A DNA stretch of 64,000 nt from the human T2T-CHM13v2.0 reference genome, Homo sapiens, in NCBI RefSeq assembly GCF_009914755.1, contig NC_060929.1. One strand, given 5' to 3'. This document shows, in pieces, positions 1 through 16,767 of this stretch; position 1 is the first letter of the stretch; every line of letters starts with the position of its first letter. The translations under genes were made by a program, and so were the position numbers. The notes beneath the pieces were generated by a model. It was not told where the DNA came from. It saw only the letters and a program-made list of their open reading frames with translations, and ran no database searches.

Positions 1-328
1 TTGATGCTGCATTATTCTTTGCAGTGTTTAAGGTTTTTCATGAACGAAAAAAAGGCATGTATTCAGATCATGTAGTGATTATGAACTTAATAAATCATTG
101 AAAATCATCCATTTTAGTGTAGGAGGTTCACCTTGATTCCCACATGGAATAAATACACTGTATAATCTCCCCTTTAACCCAGGCTGATAGCTGAGGATCA
201 ACTACTTGAGGTAAACTGAGACTCGAGGATTAGTAAAGAAATCCAGATAATCAGATAACTTGAGCTTGATTTAGGTCTGTATGTGTCATTGAACATATGC
301 TGTTGAATCATTTCACCTTTCAAAGTAC

Positions 329-887
329 TGTATCAGCCATGGTTAATTCAGGAGAAAAGAAATCATACAAGGTCTTCACACAGGGGGGATTTTATAAGAG
401 ACCACAATGGTTTTATAAGAACTGTCAAACTTAAACAGCAAAAAGGGAGCACTAAGCTAACCCAAAGATTATAACTGATGAAAACAAAGATGAGAAAAGA
501 AGTGGGAAGAGCAAGGCCTGAGAGTTCTTTGTGAGGCCCTGTGGGGTTGGCACTCAATCTCCAAAGAGGAGGTGCCTCTTGGTTGTTGGTTCCTGTAAGA
601 AGGGTGATGAGGCTGAAATCAGGACTGGCAAAAGGGGCTGGAGACTGGAGACCATTCTCTCTTTTGAGTTATGCTGATGTGAACAGCAGAAAAAATGAAA
701 GAAAAAAAGAAGAAAACATAAACGGGGGAGAGTTCCTTCTCACTTCATTCATCTTCCTCTTCAGTGCCTCTGATGGACATAATCATGGAAATCAGGAATA
801 CAGTTTGCAAAATTTTAGTCCCAGCATCTCAGAGTAGAGTATAAGGAATGGATTTTATGCTGAAAGACAATGAGTACATGACTATCA
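329..887 (-). mobile_element. Old solo LTR, LTR78-like, degraded
   Basis: Begins tgtatcagccatggtt and ends ...gagtagagtataaggaatggattttatgctgaaagacaatgagtacatgactatca, resembling the reverse complement of LTR78-family termini as recalled; heavily diverged. Confidence 0.45.
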
Positions 888-1476
888 AAATTACTAACTA
901 TAAGGTCATTTTCAAGGGACTTTAATCCACTATTTTAATGGGAATATTTACTGAGGCTTCTAGTTTTCTTTGTGAAAACCAATTAACTTCAAGGTGACAT
1001 TACTAAATATTTCTTCTACTGGGAAACGAAACTTAATGGTAACAGAAACTGATGTTTTGTCAGGAAAACATATTTTTTTCTGAATTTATTATTAGTGTAG
1101 AATGCACACTTTTGCATGGAGGAATGATTTCATTCCATTTCTTTAAATTAGACACAGAATCTAATATGAGCGTTGCAATCTGCTGTGGAATATGTCCTTT
1201 GAGATGTCTGTTTCCCTTTTTCCCATATTCTCATTATAATATATAGCTTTTCTTATTTTACCTTCTACTTCCCAAGGAGTGGAGAATATAGAATAAATAA
1301 ATAAGATAGTCTTAAATTAAAAATTTCCTCTTATGTACACTGCTCTTAGAATTTGTTTCAGCATATGTGTGATTCATCTTGTTGCTATTTCAAATTCTAG
1401 TATAAAGAACATACTTATAAATACCATTCATTTGTGAAAAAAATCTAAAAGGAATAGCAATCTCTTCATTGTCCTG

Positions 1477-3756
1477 TGTATTAATCTATTTTCATGCTGC
1501 TGATAAAGACACAACTGAGACTGGGCAATTTACAAAAGGAAGAGGTTTAATGGACTTACAGGTCCACATGGCTAGGGTGGCCTCACAATCATGGCAGAAG
1601 GCACTTCTTACATGGCGGTGGCAAGAAAGAGAATGAGGAAGAAGCAAAAGCAGAAGCTCCTTATAAAGCCATCCGATCTCATGAGACTTATTCACTATCA
1701 TGAGAACTGTATGGGGAAAACTGCCCCCATGATTCAATTATCTCCCACCAGGTCCCTCCCCCAACACATGGGAATTATGGGAGTACAATTCAAGATGAGA
1801 TTTGGGTGAAGACACAGAGCCAAACTATATCATTCCATGCCTGTCTCCTGCCAAATCTCATGTCCCCACATTTCAAAACCAATTATGCCTTCCCAACAGT
1901 CCCCCAAAGACTTATTTCAGCATTAACTCAAAAGTCCACAGTCCAACATCTCATCTGAGACAAGGCAAGTCCCTTCCACCTATGAGCCTGTAAAATCAAA
2001 AGCAAGTTAGTTACTTCCTAAATACAATGGGGTACAGGCATTGGGGAAATACAGCCATTCCAAATGGAGAAATTGGCCAAAAGCAATGGCTACAGGCACC
2101 ATGCAAGTCTCAAATTCAGTGGGGCAGTTAAATCTTAAAGCTCCAAAATGTTTTCTTTGACTCTATGTCTTACATTGGGGTCATGCTGATGCGAGAGGTG
2201 GGTTCCCATTGTCTTGGGAAGCTCCCCTTTTGTGGCTTTGCAGGGCATAGCCCCCCTCCTGGCTGTTTTCATGGGCTAGTGTTGAGTGTCTGTGGCTTTT
2301 TAGGTGCGTGGTGCAAGCTGTTCATGGATCTACCATTCTGGGGTCTGGAGGACAGTTGCCCTCTTCTCACAGCTCTACTAGGTGGTGTCCCAGTAGGGAC
2401 TCTGTGTGGAGGCTCTGACCCCACATTTCCTTTCTTCACTGCCCTAGTAGAGGTTCTCCATGAAGACCCTGCCTCTGCAGCAAAATTCAGCCTGGGCATC
2501 CAGTCTTTTCCATTCATCTTTTGAAATCTAAGTGGAGGTTCCCAAACCTCAACTCTTGTCTTTTGTGCACCTGCAGGCTCAAGACCACATCTAAGCTACC
2601 AAGGCTCGGGGTTTCCACCTGCTGATGCAACAGCCTGAGCTATACCTTGGCCCCTTTCAGTCACAGCTGTAGTGGATGGGGCACAGGACACCAAGTCCCT
2701 AGCCTGCACACAGCAGAGGGACCCTGCGCCAGGCCCACAAAACCATTTTTTCCTTATAAACCTCTGGGCCTGTGATGGGAGGAGCTGCTGCAAAGGTCTC
2801 TGACATGCCCTGGAGACATTTTCCCCATTGTCTTGGTGATTAACATTTGACTCCTCATTATATGTGCAAATTTTTGCAGCCTGCTTGAATTTTTCTTCAG
2901 AAAATGGAATTTTCTTTGGTATTGCATTGTCAGGCTGCAAATTTTTCAAACTTTTTTGCTCTGTTTCCCTTTTGAAACTGAATGCCTTTAACAGCACTCA
3001 AGTCACTCCTGAATGCTTTGCTGCTTAGAAATTTCTTCTGCCATATACCCTAAATCATCTCCTGCAAGTTCAAAGTTCCACAAATCTCTAGGGAAGGAGC
3101 AAAATGCTGCCAGTCAAATAGAGCAAGTGTCACCTTTACTCCAGTTCCCAACAAGTTCCTCATATCCATGTGAGACCACCTCAGCCTGGATTTCATTGTG
3201 CATATCACTATCAGCATTTTTGTCAAAGCATTCAACAAGTCTCTAAGGCGTTCCAAACTTTCCCACATTTTTCTGTCTTCTTCTGAGCCCTCCAAACCGT
3301 TCCAACCTTTGCCTGTTACCCAATTCCAAAGTCATTTCCACTTTTTCAGGTATCTTTTCAGCAGTGCCCCACTCTACTGGTACCAATTTACTGTATTAGT
3401 ACATTGTTTTCATGCTGCTGATAAAGACATACCTGACACTGGGCAATTTAAAAAAGAAAGAGGTTTAATGGACCTACAGTACCACGTGGCTAGGGAGGCC
3501 TCACAATCATGGCAGAAGGTGAAAGTCACTTTTTACTTGGTGGTGGCAAGAGAGAGAATGAGGAAGAAGTGAAAGTGGAAACCCTTTATAAAACCATCAG
3601 ATCTCATGAGACTTATTCACCACCGTGAGAACACCAGGCGGGGAACTGCCCGCATGATTCAATTTCTCTCACAGGGTCCCTCCTGCAACATGTGAGAATT
3701 ACGGGAGTAAAATTCAAGAGGAGGTTTAGGTGGGAACACAGAGCCAAACCATATCA
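1477..3756 (-). mobile_element. Full-length THE1 (THE1B-like) MaLR: LTR 1477-1832, internal 1833-3391, LTR 3392-3756
   Basis: Two ~360-bp direct LTRs (tgtatta...atatca) flank a ~1.56-kb THE1 internal region. 5-bp TSD tcctg (1472-1476) / tcttg (3757-3761). Confidence 0.95.
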
Positions 3757-4719
3757 TCTTGCCCTGACTCCACTGCCATTATTGAATGTTCACTTGTGTG
3801 AAGCAAGGTATGCTCAAACTTACAGAAACCTTTGCAAATCTCAGCCCATTTTCTTGAGTAGTGGCTATGATATTGTACCATGTGTTTACATTTGACTAAG
3901 ATTTTTATTTGTAAAAATATATTCTTTAAAAGTAATTGAGTGTTCACAAAACTAGAATGTAAAATGCTTTTTTTTTGCATTGATTTAAATTTTAAATCAC
4001 CAAAATGACTATCATTAAATGAACTTCAAGCTTCAAAAGTTGATATAATAGCCATTAAAAAGGAACAAAGTATATTTATATATACTCTTCTGGAAAGGTC
4101 ATGAACACCCACTTAAGTAAAAAGAATAAAACCAGTATGTATAATATCATTATTGCCCAACTATATATGTGTATATGAACAAATGCATGCATTCAAAAGA
4201 CATGAAAAATGATTTTTGTTTTACAATGAAGACTTAGAATGGGGCTTAGTCATTGAATTAGTATTTATGAGAATAATGAACTAACCAATCCACAAAATAA
4301 ATAAATTAGATTTAGCATTAATACATAGCAAACAAGGAGAATGTCGCACTCACATATTTTAAACTTAAAAATTGAAGATCAGTGTCAGAAACAGAATTAA
4401 GGGAAAACTAATCTTGTGCTTCTCTAACTCAAAAGGAGATAATGCAGTGTTATCTTTTAGAATCCGTATGAGTGACACCAAATTATCTAGAAGCTACCTC
4501 AGAGGAGATCTTCATCTTTTCCATCTCTAGCAAGCAGGGAACGGACAAGGCCGGGGGAGGTATGTTTTCACTGAGAGTAGGTCATGAGGCTAAACTTTCC
4601 TGGTCAAAGCATAAACTCCAGGAATCATCAATGAATAGTAAAAATACATCAAATGGGTAGGAAGTGTCACCAGTGTGATTTGCTTTTCCCTTTGTTCAGT
4701 GCAGTGAACTGTTTTTGAT

Positions 4720-4868
4720 TGTTGACACTCAAAATATGATTATAAGACCAGTAACACTGGCATCACCTGGCAGCCTGCAATAAAAGTAGATTCAAGGGCA
4801 TCCATTGGCATTTTAATAAAATCTCATTGTAGTTTCTATAGAAATGGTTATTGCTTAAAAATACTATT
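4720..4868. mobile_element. Degraded MER5-like hAT-Charlie MITE
   Basis: ctcaaaatatgattataagaccagtaacactggcatcacctgg...gcattttaataaaatctc resembles the MER5A core. Confidence 0.4.
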
Positions 4869-4910
4869 GTAGTGGACTTTAACAACACATTACATAATAT
4901 TATGTAACAC

Positions 4911-5467
4911 TGAAGTAGGGAATCAGCAGGAGAACTTGTTTTCTCAGCATTGGTTACAAGACCCTGCTGATCAAAATAGAATTTGATGAAAACAGATGCA
5001 GCAAAGAAACAGGCCCCAAACAGCTAAAACCAAGATGGGGATGAGAGTGACTTTTAACTAGTTTTCTTCATTGCTCATTATATAGTACTTATAATGCATT
5101 AGCATGCTAAAAGAAACTCCCATTCATGGCATGACAGTTTACAAATGCCATGGCAACGGCTGGAAGTTACCTTATATGGTTTAGAAGGAGAGAAACCCTC
5201 AGTTCTGGGAACTCCACACCCTTTTTCCAGATGACCATCCCCTTATTTAGCATCTAATCAAGGAATAGCCATAAATACAGCTAGCCAGCAGTCCACGTGG
5301 AACATTGCAGCCACTCTGTCTATGGAGCAGCCATTTTTCTGTGTTCTGTTGCTGTAATAAACTCACTTTTGCTTTATTTTGTTGGATAGCTCTTGAATTC
5401 TTTTTTGTGTGAAGCCAAGGACCTCCCTGCCCTGGCTGAGCACCAATTTGGGGATTTGCCTGCATCA
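4911..5467 (+). mobile_element. MER41-family (MER41C/D-like) ERV1 solo LTR
   Basis: TG...CA termini; diagnostic catgacagtttacaaatgccatggcaac...gaagttaccttatatgg and ctctgtctatggagcagccatt blocks; aataaa poly(A) signal near 5356. Confidence 0.88.
5203..5211. promoter_or_regulatory. GAS (STAT) motif TTCTGGGAA inside the MER41 LTR
   Basis: Matches TTCNNNGAA at the position of the first MER41 GAS site. Function is not shown by sequence. Confidence 0.45.
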
Positions 5468-5559
5468 GTACTGTAGGACCCAGTTCTATTAGAAAATAAC
5501 TGAAGCTGAGACCTCCTCTTTTACCTCACACTCAGTCTAAAAAACCAATGTCAACAAAG

Positions 5560-6790
5560 CCACATTTTCAGATGGGAAAAAAAGCTAAATTTAGGTAAAG
5601 AGATAGAAAAAGAAGATTCTATAAATTTCTATAAAAAGTTATGTTAGCAAGGTAGAGAGGTTTAGCAACTATATAAACAATATTTAAAAATAAGCAAATT
5701 AAAGAATATAATTGGCAAAAGATAAGTGACTATCTTAGACAAGAGTAAATCATTGTCAAATGAATAGAAGTAAATCCTCCACAAGGGACTTACTGTCTAA
5801 GTACTTAATAGAAGCATTAATTTATCAAACAAGTGTGTAAAAACCAGATGGCAATACAACCCAGGAAGATGAAAATGGTGACTGAAGAGCTGTGGAAACA
5901 AATTGAGGGACAAAATTACCACAGTACAAAAATAGTAAATGCACTCTAAACAGAACAAAACAGAACAGATGTGGCTGAAAATAGAATCACTGACACAGTG
6001 GAGAAAATGCCTATTAAAATTACGTGAATTCAGAGGAAAAAGGCCCAGATCAAAGCAGTTCGATGAATCACAATAGATGAAGAGAACAGAGATGTTCCAA
6101 GATGAGAATAACTGTTATCTGTGATGTAAAAACTTCAATAGAATTAACAAAAGTCATTCATGAGAAACGGATGAAGATTTCCCAGAAATTTTATAATATA
6201 TTTGCACAATGACAGAATAAACAGTGTTCCAGAAATTACAATTTGTGGAACAATTTGGCCCAATAAATAACCTGGTGATGTAATTGAAATTGGAGAATTA
6301 GGTATTATCTGGCATACAGGAAAGAAGAGAAAGTTATGTACAAGAAGGAAGTGTCAGAGTAGCCTCAGATTTATCCACAGAAGTGTTTAATGATGGCAGA
6401 TAATAGTGTTATAGCTACGAGATTCTGAAGAAAATAAGAGGTAAGATGTTACTCAAGACCTATACATTCAGGTATTAAATGTTATTCAAGCATTAAAATG
6501 TACCCTCACTCTTGATATCAAAATAAAAAATAAGAGAAGAAATAAACAACCGATAGGCCTTTCTGGAAAAAAAAAAGAAAGAGAGAGATAAATAAAGAGA
6601 CAAACAAAACACATTTTTGACAATTAAAACAATCAAATAATGGAAAAATAAAGCAATCATTAGAATCTAAACTAAATAAACAGAAATAAAACTAAGGAAC
6701 CATGGTAATGAAAATTAACCAAAAATACACATCTTAAGTACGTCAGTAATGTCAATAACCTTGGAGGAATAAAATAAAGTACAAGATTGT
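5560..6790 (+). mobile_element. Ancient L1 ORF1-like / HAL1-like remnant
   Basis: A-rich strand with degenerate ORF1-like motifs such as gtcagagtagcctcagatttatccacag. Boundaries approximate. Confidence 0.45.
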
Positions 6791-6795
6791 GCAGG

Positions 6796-7215
6796 TGTTA
6801 AGTAAATTAAAATGGAGACAAGGTCTGGAGAATTTGTGAGCAGAAAAAGCCAGTTAGGCCTTGAAAATAACCTTAGCATGGCTTAACTTGCAAGCACAGC
6901 AAAACTTAAACATGGGCCATGTCTTGTAAATGCTTGTATTAAGGAAAAATAAAACTTAGACTCTATCAGTCAGAAGCTGCCAACTAACTTACATAACAAG
7001 AACCTATTCAGCAACATAGACAAAATAAAGACAATTGCATAACTGTAACCAATGAAATCTTTCCTTGGCTTTACTTCCATGTCTGTCATTTAAAAGCATC
7101 TATTGGAGCTCCCAAATCACTTCTGGTTAGGAGCTGGAGCTGATCAATTCATGAATCAAGGTTTATTCAAATAAACTCTTTAACATTTTATTGTGCCTTA
7201 ATTTATCTTTTAGCA
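6796..7215 (+). mobile_element. Solo LTR, LTR47/MER57-group-like
   Basis: tgttaagtaaattaaaatggag...aaataaactctttaacattttattgtgccttaatttatcttttagca; TG..CA ends; perfect 4-bp TSD cagg (6792-6795 / 7216-7219). Confidence 0.8.
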
Positions 7216-7254
7216 CAGGTTATGCTAGCTCTACTTGAAATATTAAAACTTCCA

Positions 7255-7566
7255 GGATGGGTGTGGTGGCTTATGCTTGTACTCAGCATTTTGAGAGGTC
7301 AAGGCAGGCAGATCACTTAAGCTGAAGAGTTCTATACCAGCCTGGGAAACACAGCAAAATCCCCTCTCTCCGAAAAAAAAAAAAAAAAAAGCCAGGAGCC
7401 AGGAGTGGTGGGACACATCTGTATTCCCAGCTACTCAGGAGGCTGAGTTGGGAAAACCATCTGAGTTCGAAAGGCAGAAATTTCAGTAACCCATAATCAC
7501 ACCACCGCATTCCAGCCTGGGTGACACAGTAAAACCCTGTTTCAAAATAACAGCAATCACAACAGC
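7255..7566 (+). mobile_element. AluJ, full length, diverged
   Basis: Dimeric Alu with A-rich linker; TSD aaaacttcca / aaaattcca. Confidence 0.9.
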
Positions 7567-8778
7567 AAAATTCCAAACTCTCAATATTAAAAAAAAAATT
7601 CTTCTTAAATTTTGAGGTATCTTTTATGGAAGAAGTATGTCTTAAGAAGAACAGATATTTATTTGTACAGTTAATTTTTTTTAAAAAATAGAATTTACTA
7701 GTTTTTTCCCTTTAAATTCAAGTATGCTAAATAAAGTTTATATTAAAATCATCACTCATGGCCCAGTTTTAAATAAAATACCTTCTTTTTGTTGATTTTT
7801 CTTTCTTGCTTTCATCATTTCTTAGTTCCTTTCTATTTGTCTATTTTCTAAAAGCATAATAAACCATCTGGAATGCTCTTTTGTAATGGTTGAAATGTCA
7901 TTTCAGGCTTTTTTGGCTTGTTTAAAGTTGTTCTTGATATGATTTTTATATTTCTTATTTTTTTTGAAAAGACAATCATTATTTAAAACAAAAAGGCAAA
8001 AATAAGGTCTAGGCAGAGAAATTTCAAAATGTAAATATTAATTTTCTGGTCAGGGAATTGGACTGAATGTATGTAGAACTCATAAGTAGATATGTTAAAA
8101 TTATTGCTTCACAGTATTTATACTATTTTAACAAATTTGTTACTAGCATAAACTATTCATTACTAGAAAAATATCATTTGTTGTTAATTATATGAAACAT
8201 GTTTTTTAATCTTTGCATTTTACATATTAATGGAAAAGCTTAGCTTTTTTTTAAACATATATGGAGCTATTTTTTAGCTGGAGAAAGTTAGGGAAAAATA
8301 CACACATATGGTTTGGTTAGGAAGGAATTAGTCCTATTACTCATAGCTTTGTACACCAGGCAAGTTGCTAGAATAGTCGGCAATCCTTAAAATGTGTATG
8401 TATGAAAATAATTTCTGTTAACAACAGATTTTTTCTTGTGCATGGTCTCATTTTGGGTCCACATAAGATGCTGCTTAAACAATTTGAGATGACATAACTG
8501 TTACTGTAGTTCAACATTTGAAAGAGCTAATCTATCTTGAAAGTCATAATTGTTTGTTTTGTAAATGATGATTTCTGTACATTTCAAATTCTACACTATA
8601 TTTAATTTTGTATAAAATTATATATATTATACTACTTAATACCTTAATTTCAGGTTTAATTAAGGGTTAATGCCTTAATTATTAAGAGTTCAAATGACTT
8701 CTGTCTTTTCCTTGGGCATTTTTAAACTACTTAGCTTTATCTTTAAACCAAAGTAACTCCTTACAAGTTTTTTGTTTA

Positions 8779-8890
8779 GTAGAATTGCTTGAAACCTGGA
8801 GGAAGAAGTTTCAGTGAGCCGAGATCATGCCACTGCACTCCAGCCTGGGCGACAGAGTGAGACACCGTCTCAGAAAAAAAAAAAAAAAAA
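8779..8890 (+). mobile_element. 5'-truncated Alu (3' part of right arm) with poly(A)
   Basis: agaattgcttgaaacc...ccagcctgggcgacagagtgagac + poly(A); TSD aagttttttgttt (8765-8777) / aaggtttttgttt (8891-8903). Confidence 0.9.
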
Positions 8891-9925
8891 AAGGTTTTTG
8901 TTTCATGTGATAGTGAAGCAAAGAAAGTCATGAAGAAAAGTCTTTCTCCAAAATATTCTTAACTTACATTTGGGTAATTTTATTACAGTGAATTGAGATA
9001 AGCAGCCACTGAGTAATAAGGCTAATATATCACTTTGTTATTCTTTCCCAACTAAAGGATTGAATGAAACATATGCTCAGTTCCCTCTCCCTGTGCTTTC
9101 AGACATGTATTCACACTTTATCATACAATCCTCAACGGATAGTTGCTTTAAGATCAATATATTTACAGAATAGCAAAAATAATTTGCATGCAATTATTTT
9201 CCAAGTCATAATGTTCTGAGAGCTTGCCTTACTCAGAAAAAAAAAATACAAAAAACAGACAAATGCCTTTTTATAATAATATTAGATAAAATATTATGTT
9301 GAGAATAAAATTCAATTTTATTTATTTGAGTTCCTGTAACAAGAATACATTTTGATTACAAACATCTCCAAGTTTTGAGCCATGGGTAATCAACATATAT
9401 TAGACATAATTTAATTGAACAAGAACTTTACTGTGAGTTTTAAAATAAGAAATATGTTCTTTTCTCCCTCTCTCCTTCCTCTCTCTCTCTTCTTTTCTTT
9501 CTTGCTTGTTTGTTTGCTGGTAGAGAAAAGTTAGTTCTCAAGGTGATATATACAAAAATAGAGGGCTGACAGTCTGGAATGACAAACTGGACTGGTCATT
9601 GGGACACTAGTGCTGTCATTCTGTTCTGAACAACCTTCTATTATTTCTAAGTCTTGAATGTGATACTACTGAGATTGTTTTCCATGCCTCTCAGCAACAC
9701 AGGTAATAAGAATTACACTCTATCAGTGGAGGTAAGTCAAATATATATATATTTATATTTAAATTAACTAGATACAAATTATTAGTTATCAAGATAGTAA
9801 GTAAAACAGTTTTTCTTGTGGAATATGTAATTTTCACTGTATTTGACAAGTTTGAAAAACAGATATTCTTTCTGATATCATTCATTCATTTATTCAGTAT
9901 TTATTAAAAGCATAATATGTCCTAG

Positions 9926-11709
<1,784 letters not shown>

Positions 11710-11874
11710 TGAAATATTTTCCTTACAAGAGGATAACAAGCTTAACTTTTATTTTGTTGATGTATTCTAATAATGAGGAAAGACGAGGGAAGTGAAAACC
11801 AAGAGCAATGTTGACCCTTCACAGATTCCAAGTTATTGCCTGAAGGGCTTTTTTGTCTTGCCTTCTTATAAGAG

Positions 11875-12336
11875 TGTTGTGAAAATAAGTTCCACGGTGT
11901 CATGCAGGAGAAGTCGCCAGATGACCCAAACTCTTCTTCTCTTTCCTGCTTATAATTCTCAAGAACAATTGTAGAATATGCTGGGAATGGAACACTCTGA
12001 GATAAAGAGAAACTGGCTGGAACAGCCCAGGCTGCTCTGTTTCCATCTTTCTTAGAACAGCAGAACTTGCAATGCTTTAGCCCAGAGTGTCAAGTCACCC
12101 TGGAAATAAAACACAGAGCAGAACATACTTTCAGAGTCTCTCAGTTACTGTGTGACATGGGGTGTGTGCAGATTAGACTCCACTGTCCTAGGCAACTTTC
12201 CTGAGCCCTGGTGGACTGGCTCACCATGAATCCTAGACTTCTGTTATCCATCACTGCCTATCTGTAAGTAATAACTTACTGTGTGGGTGTTCTCTGTCGC
12301 TGGACTTATGCAGGTGAATTGATATACATGCACAGT
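11875..12336 (+). mobile_element. ERVL-type solo LTR, LTR32-like
   Basis: caagaacaattgtagaatatgctgggaat...ctttcctgagccctggtggactggctcaccatgaatcctag...ctgcctatctgtaagtaata matches the recalled consensus; family name tentative. Confidence 0.6.
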
Positions 12337-12557
12337 ATTAGGAAGGAGTTTCGAGTCCTCTCCTGGGATTGATACTGGTCCACATGGAAACTGCTTTACA
12401 TATTATATATTCTGAGATTAGGAAAATCATACTGACATGGTTTGTTGAATTGCATAACATGTATACTTGGCATAAACTCCTTCTGTTTGAGGATTTAAAC
12501 TCATATGGTATTTTATTTATTTACTTTTCATCACTTCAGCCCTTAGTTGTTCTATTA

Positions 12558-13045
<488 letters not shown>

Positions 13046-15630
13046 TCATTCATGCTTGGTTCCTAGGTTTCACAATGACAAGATCACTTTTGCCGAATAT
13101 CATGCTGTGCTGAACAAGCCCTCCCTTTGAAGTGCCCTGGCCTTTTGTTAGACATAGATCATCAAATTCAACCCCTTTCCCCTATCAATTTGCCTTGATT
13201 TAGGTGACACAATTCTCTTTAACAAGTCTTGAATTTCCAAAAGCATCAGATTTCTCAGATCCATATGCATTTTGATAACCTATATCCCAAACTGTAAGAT
13301 CTGTATTGCCTGTGTCTTTGAAAGAGCCATTATCAGTAAGTCACTAAGCACTAAAGATTCTGCCTGTTTCTTATTTGATGTTATTTGTTTGTTTGTGTGA
13401 CGTTACCTTTGCCTAACTAAAGAGGTGTTTCAGTTTATTCTTATGGACACAGAAAGCACAGACTGCTTTAAGTGATAGGATGATTCCACATTTGAATATA
13501 AAAAGGCTGGCATGCTAACTGACCCCTCAGCAGACATATCTTTGACAATCTTGATGTTACTCTGTAAAACATGTTCCTAAAGATCACATGTAACTGAAAA
13601 GAGTAATACCCTCTCAAAAGAATAAAATAATTTTTAAAATTGTTTTCATGTTTCTATTTGTGTATAATATATATTTATTATTAAAAAATAACAATGACAC
13701 TTTACAGCTAAAAAAATTACCATGTCCTACCTTTTAAGCTAACTTCTTCACATGAGATCTACCAAATGTAGTTTAAATAAACATAAATTTTAAAAGTAAA
13801 ATAATCTTCCAAAATTTATGTGAATTTATCAAGATGCTACAGTCACAAAGTAGTAGTGTGAACTAGAATACAAGTTTTCTGTAATTTAAAGTTGATGTGA
13901 AAGAAGTTTCATTAAAAATGCAAGTAAAATATATAAAAAATACAATACAGTAAGGTCTACATGTATCATTGCTAGCAATTGGCCATTTATTCAGTGTCTT
14001 TGAGGACATCATGCCTTTTAGTGCTAAATGGGATCACAAGAAAAGATTGATTGATGCTGAAGAATTCCTACCCATAACTAGGATGCACCCAAATCATCAG
14101 GACAAATAATTGTCATTCGGTATAGGCCAAATATTCAGGCTTTTGTCAGACTCATGGTTGTAAGAGGCTGAGCTATTAAAAACATCTATTTCTTTTACAC
14201 AAAATATTACAATCTTTGAAAAATTAAATAATATGTGTTAAGTATATTCCACACTCTAAGATGTTTTCTAAATTTATGCAAAATAAAATAAACGGAAACT
14301 AATAAAGTGGTTAAGGGACTATACTTTGTTATTGTAAGATAGGTCTCAAGATAGTTCTATGTCTTTGTTTATGAGTAAACATGAGAAATACCTATTGCAG
14401 GTGAAGCAATGACAAATAAGGCCTCTCACAAAAATTTAACTAATTTTTAAAAAAGAATTGAAAAATGACTGTGCCTCAGGCCCAATTTGTATATTCTGAG
14501 TTTACATATTGTTTCTCTATCTATATCTATATAAGAGTTCATATATTCTAAGAGCTTACAGAAGCCTTTAAATCTGAAATGCAATAATGTGACATGAAAG
14601 TGATTTTTTTTTAGAAGTCCATTCATTTGGTATGTTATAGCATTATTTACACAGTCATATATTTCACAGGTCAAGTTAAAGCAGTTAGCTAAGATTAGTT
14701 ATGCATTCACATTCATACATTTTTAATGAAGACAAGCGGTTTGGAAAATGCAAATTTATGCAAATAACATTCAAACTGAAGAATTGGGAAATATTTTCCT
14801 TATTGGCTTTTATGTCTTATTGTGGCCCTATTCTAAGAAATTAAGAAAGAAGACTATTCTGTGGTTTCCTTTAATTAGCAGAAGTTTTAAATAATTCTTT
14901 GTTGTTTTTAAAAAGAAGTTTTCTTATCTGTGTTTATTCTATTAACTTCTCAGTCAGTTATAATCTTGATTTTCCATTTTTCTCTCTCTTCTCATTTTGT
15001 CAAAAGTACATCCTTTGGGATAGGCCCTATTTAACTTAATGAAAACCCTAAAAAATATTTATAAATTTCCAACACACATATTACTTTAATGCTACAGTTT
15101 ATACATTTGGTCACTCAGTTCTAAGCTCTCCTTTCAAGTGTTTGTTAGATTAAATAAAATTATGATTATGTTTTATTAAAAGAAAACAAGAACGGACTAG
15201 TAAGAAGTATGATGTGAAGAAGCAACTAAAATATGACTTTTTATAGAAATACAAATCTTTGTAAATTTTAATCACCATAGGGGCTAAAATAAAGCTGTAT
15301 AGTACAATACAGTTTTTTCATATAGAAAAAACATATTACTATTCCTAAATGTTTATTGAAAGAAGAATCAATGGGGAGGAAGACCTCTGGAATGGCAGAG
15401 CAAGAAATTCCAAAAATATTCTCTTCCACAAAACTTGAAAGAAAGGCAAAAACCATAGTAAACAAATTTTTAGAACTCAAAAATTAAGTTTAAGAATTTT
15501 AGGAGTGTTTATTCAAAGGAAAAAAAAATGTGTGAATCTTGGAAACAACGGTGAGCTCTACGGTGTTCTAACTTGCACTTTTAGCTCCCTTTCTCCCAGT
15601 AAAGTAGTAGCCTTTAAAAAGCAAAGTGTA

Positions 15631-16087
<457 letters not shown>

Positions 16088-16767
16088 TCACTGAAAGTCT
16101 TTGTTTCTCTTTATTTGACCTGAGTCAGAAATCAATCTATGTGGACAGTGTTATCCAGAAGGTGTCTGTCAAAAAAAAAAAAAAAAGATGAAACAAAAAA
16201 TAGCATAATTATTTAACAATGCAGCTTCCTAAGGTGCCATTTCCACATGAAGCTGATAAGGGACTTATCTGAAAATGTAAAAGGGAAAACTGGGACATGA
16301 GAGGACAAGAGAGAGCTTCAAAAATCTCTAATATATTCTGAGAGTCTAGAAGTCATGCACATGTACAGTGCTAAAAAAATCCCCAAGAATGACCTAAGAA
16401 GGCCTTTTCACCTCTGGCTGAATTTAAGCCTTTGTATCTCAATAATTTTTTTGTCTAAAGGTTTTAAAACACCTGTTGAAATGGTGAAAGTATGCTCTGA
16501 CACACGCAGAGAATTCCTCACCAAATACTAACTGCTATTTGACCTGCTGGTTTCAAGCATTTAAGGGACTGTGTAATCATTAAATTAATATCAAGCTAAT
16601 TAAGCAAAGACTTCAGTGACTGCACACAACAAAACGTACTGATTTTATAGTAGTCCAGAAAAGTCATTAAATAATCAGAAACCACCACCATGACCACAAC
16701 AACAAACAGCAGCAATGACAAACCGTGGGGAGAAGGACTTGCTTCCATGGGTTTTCATATTATATTA

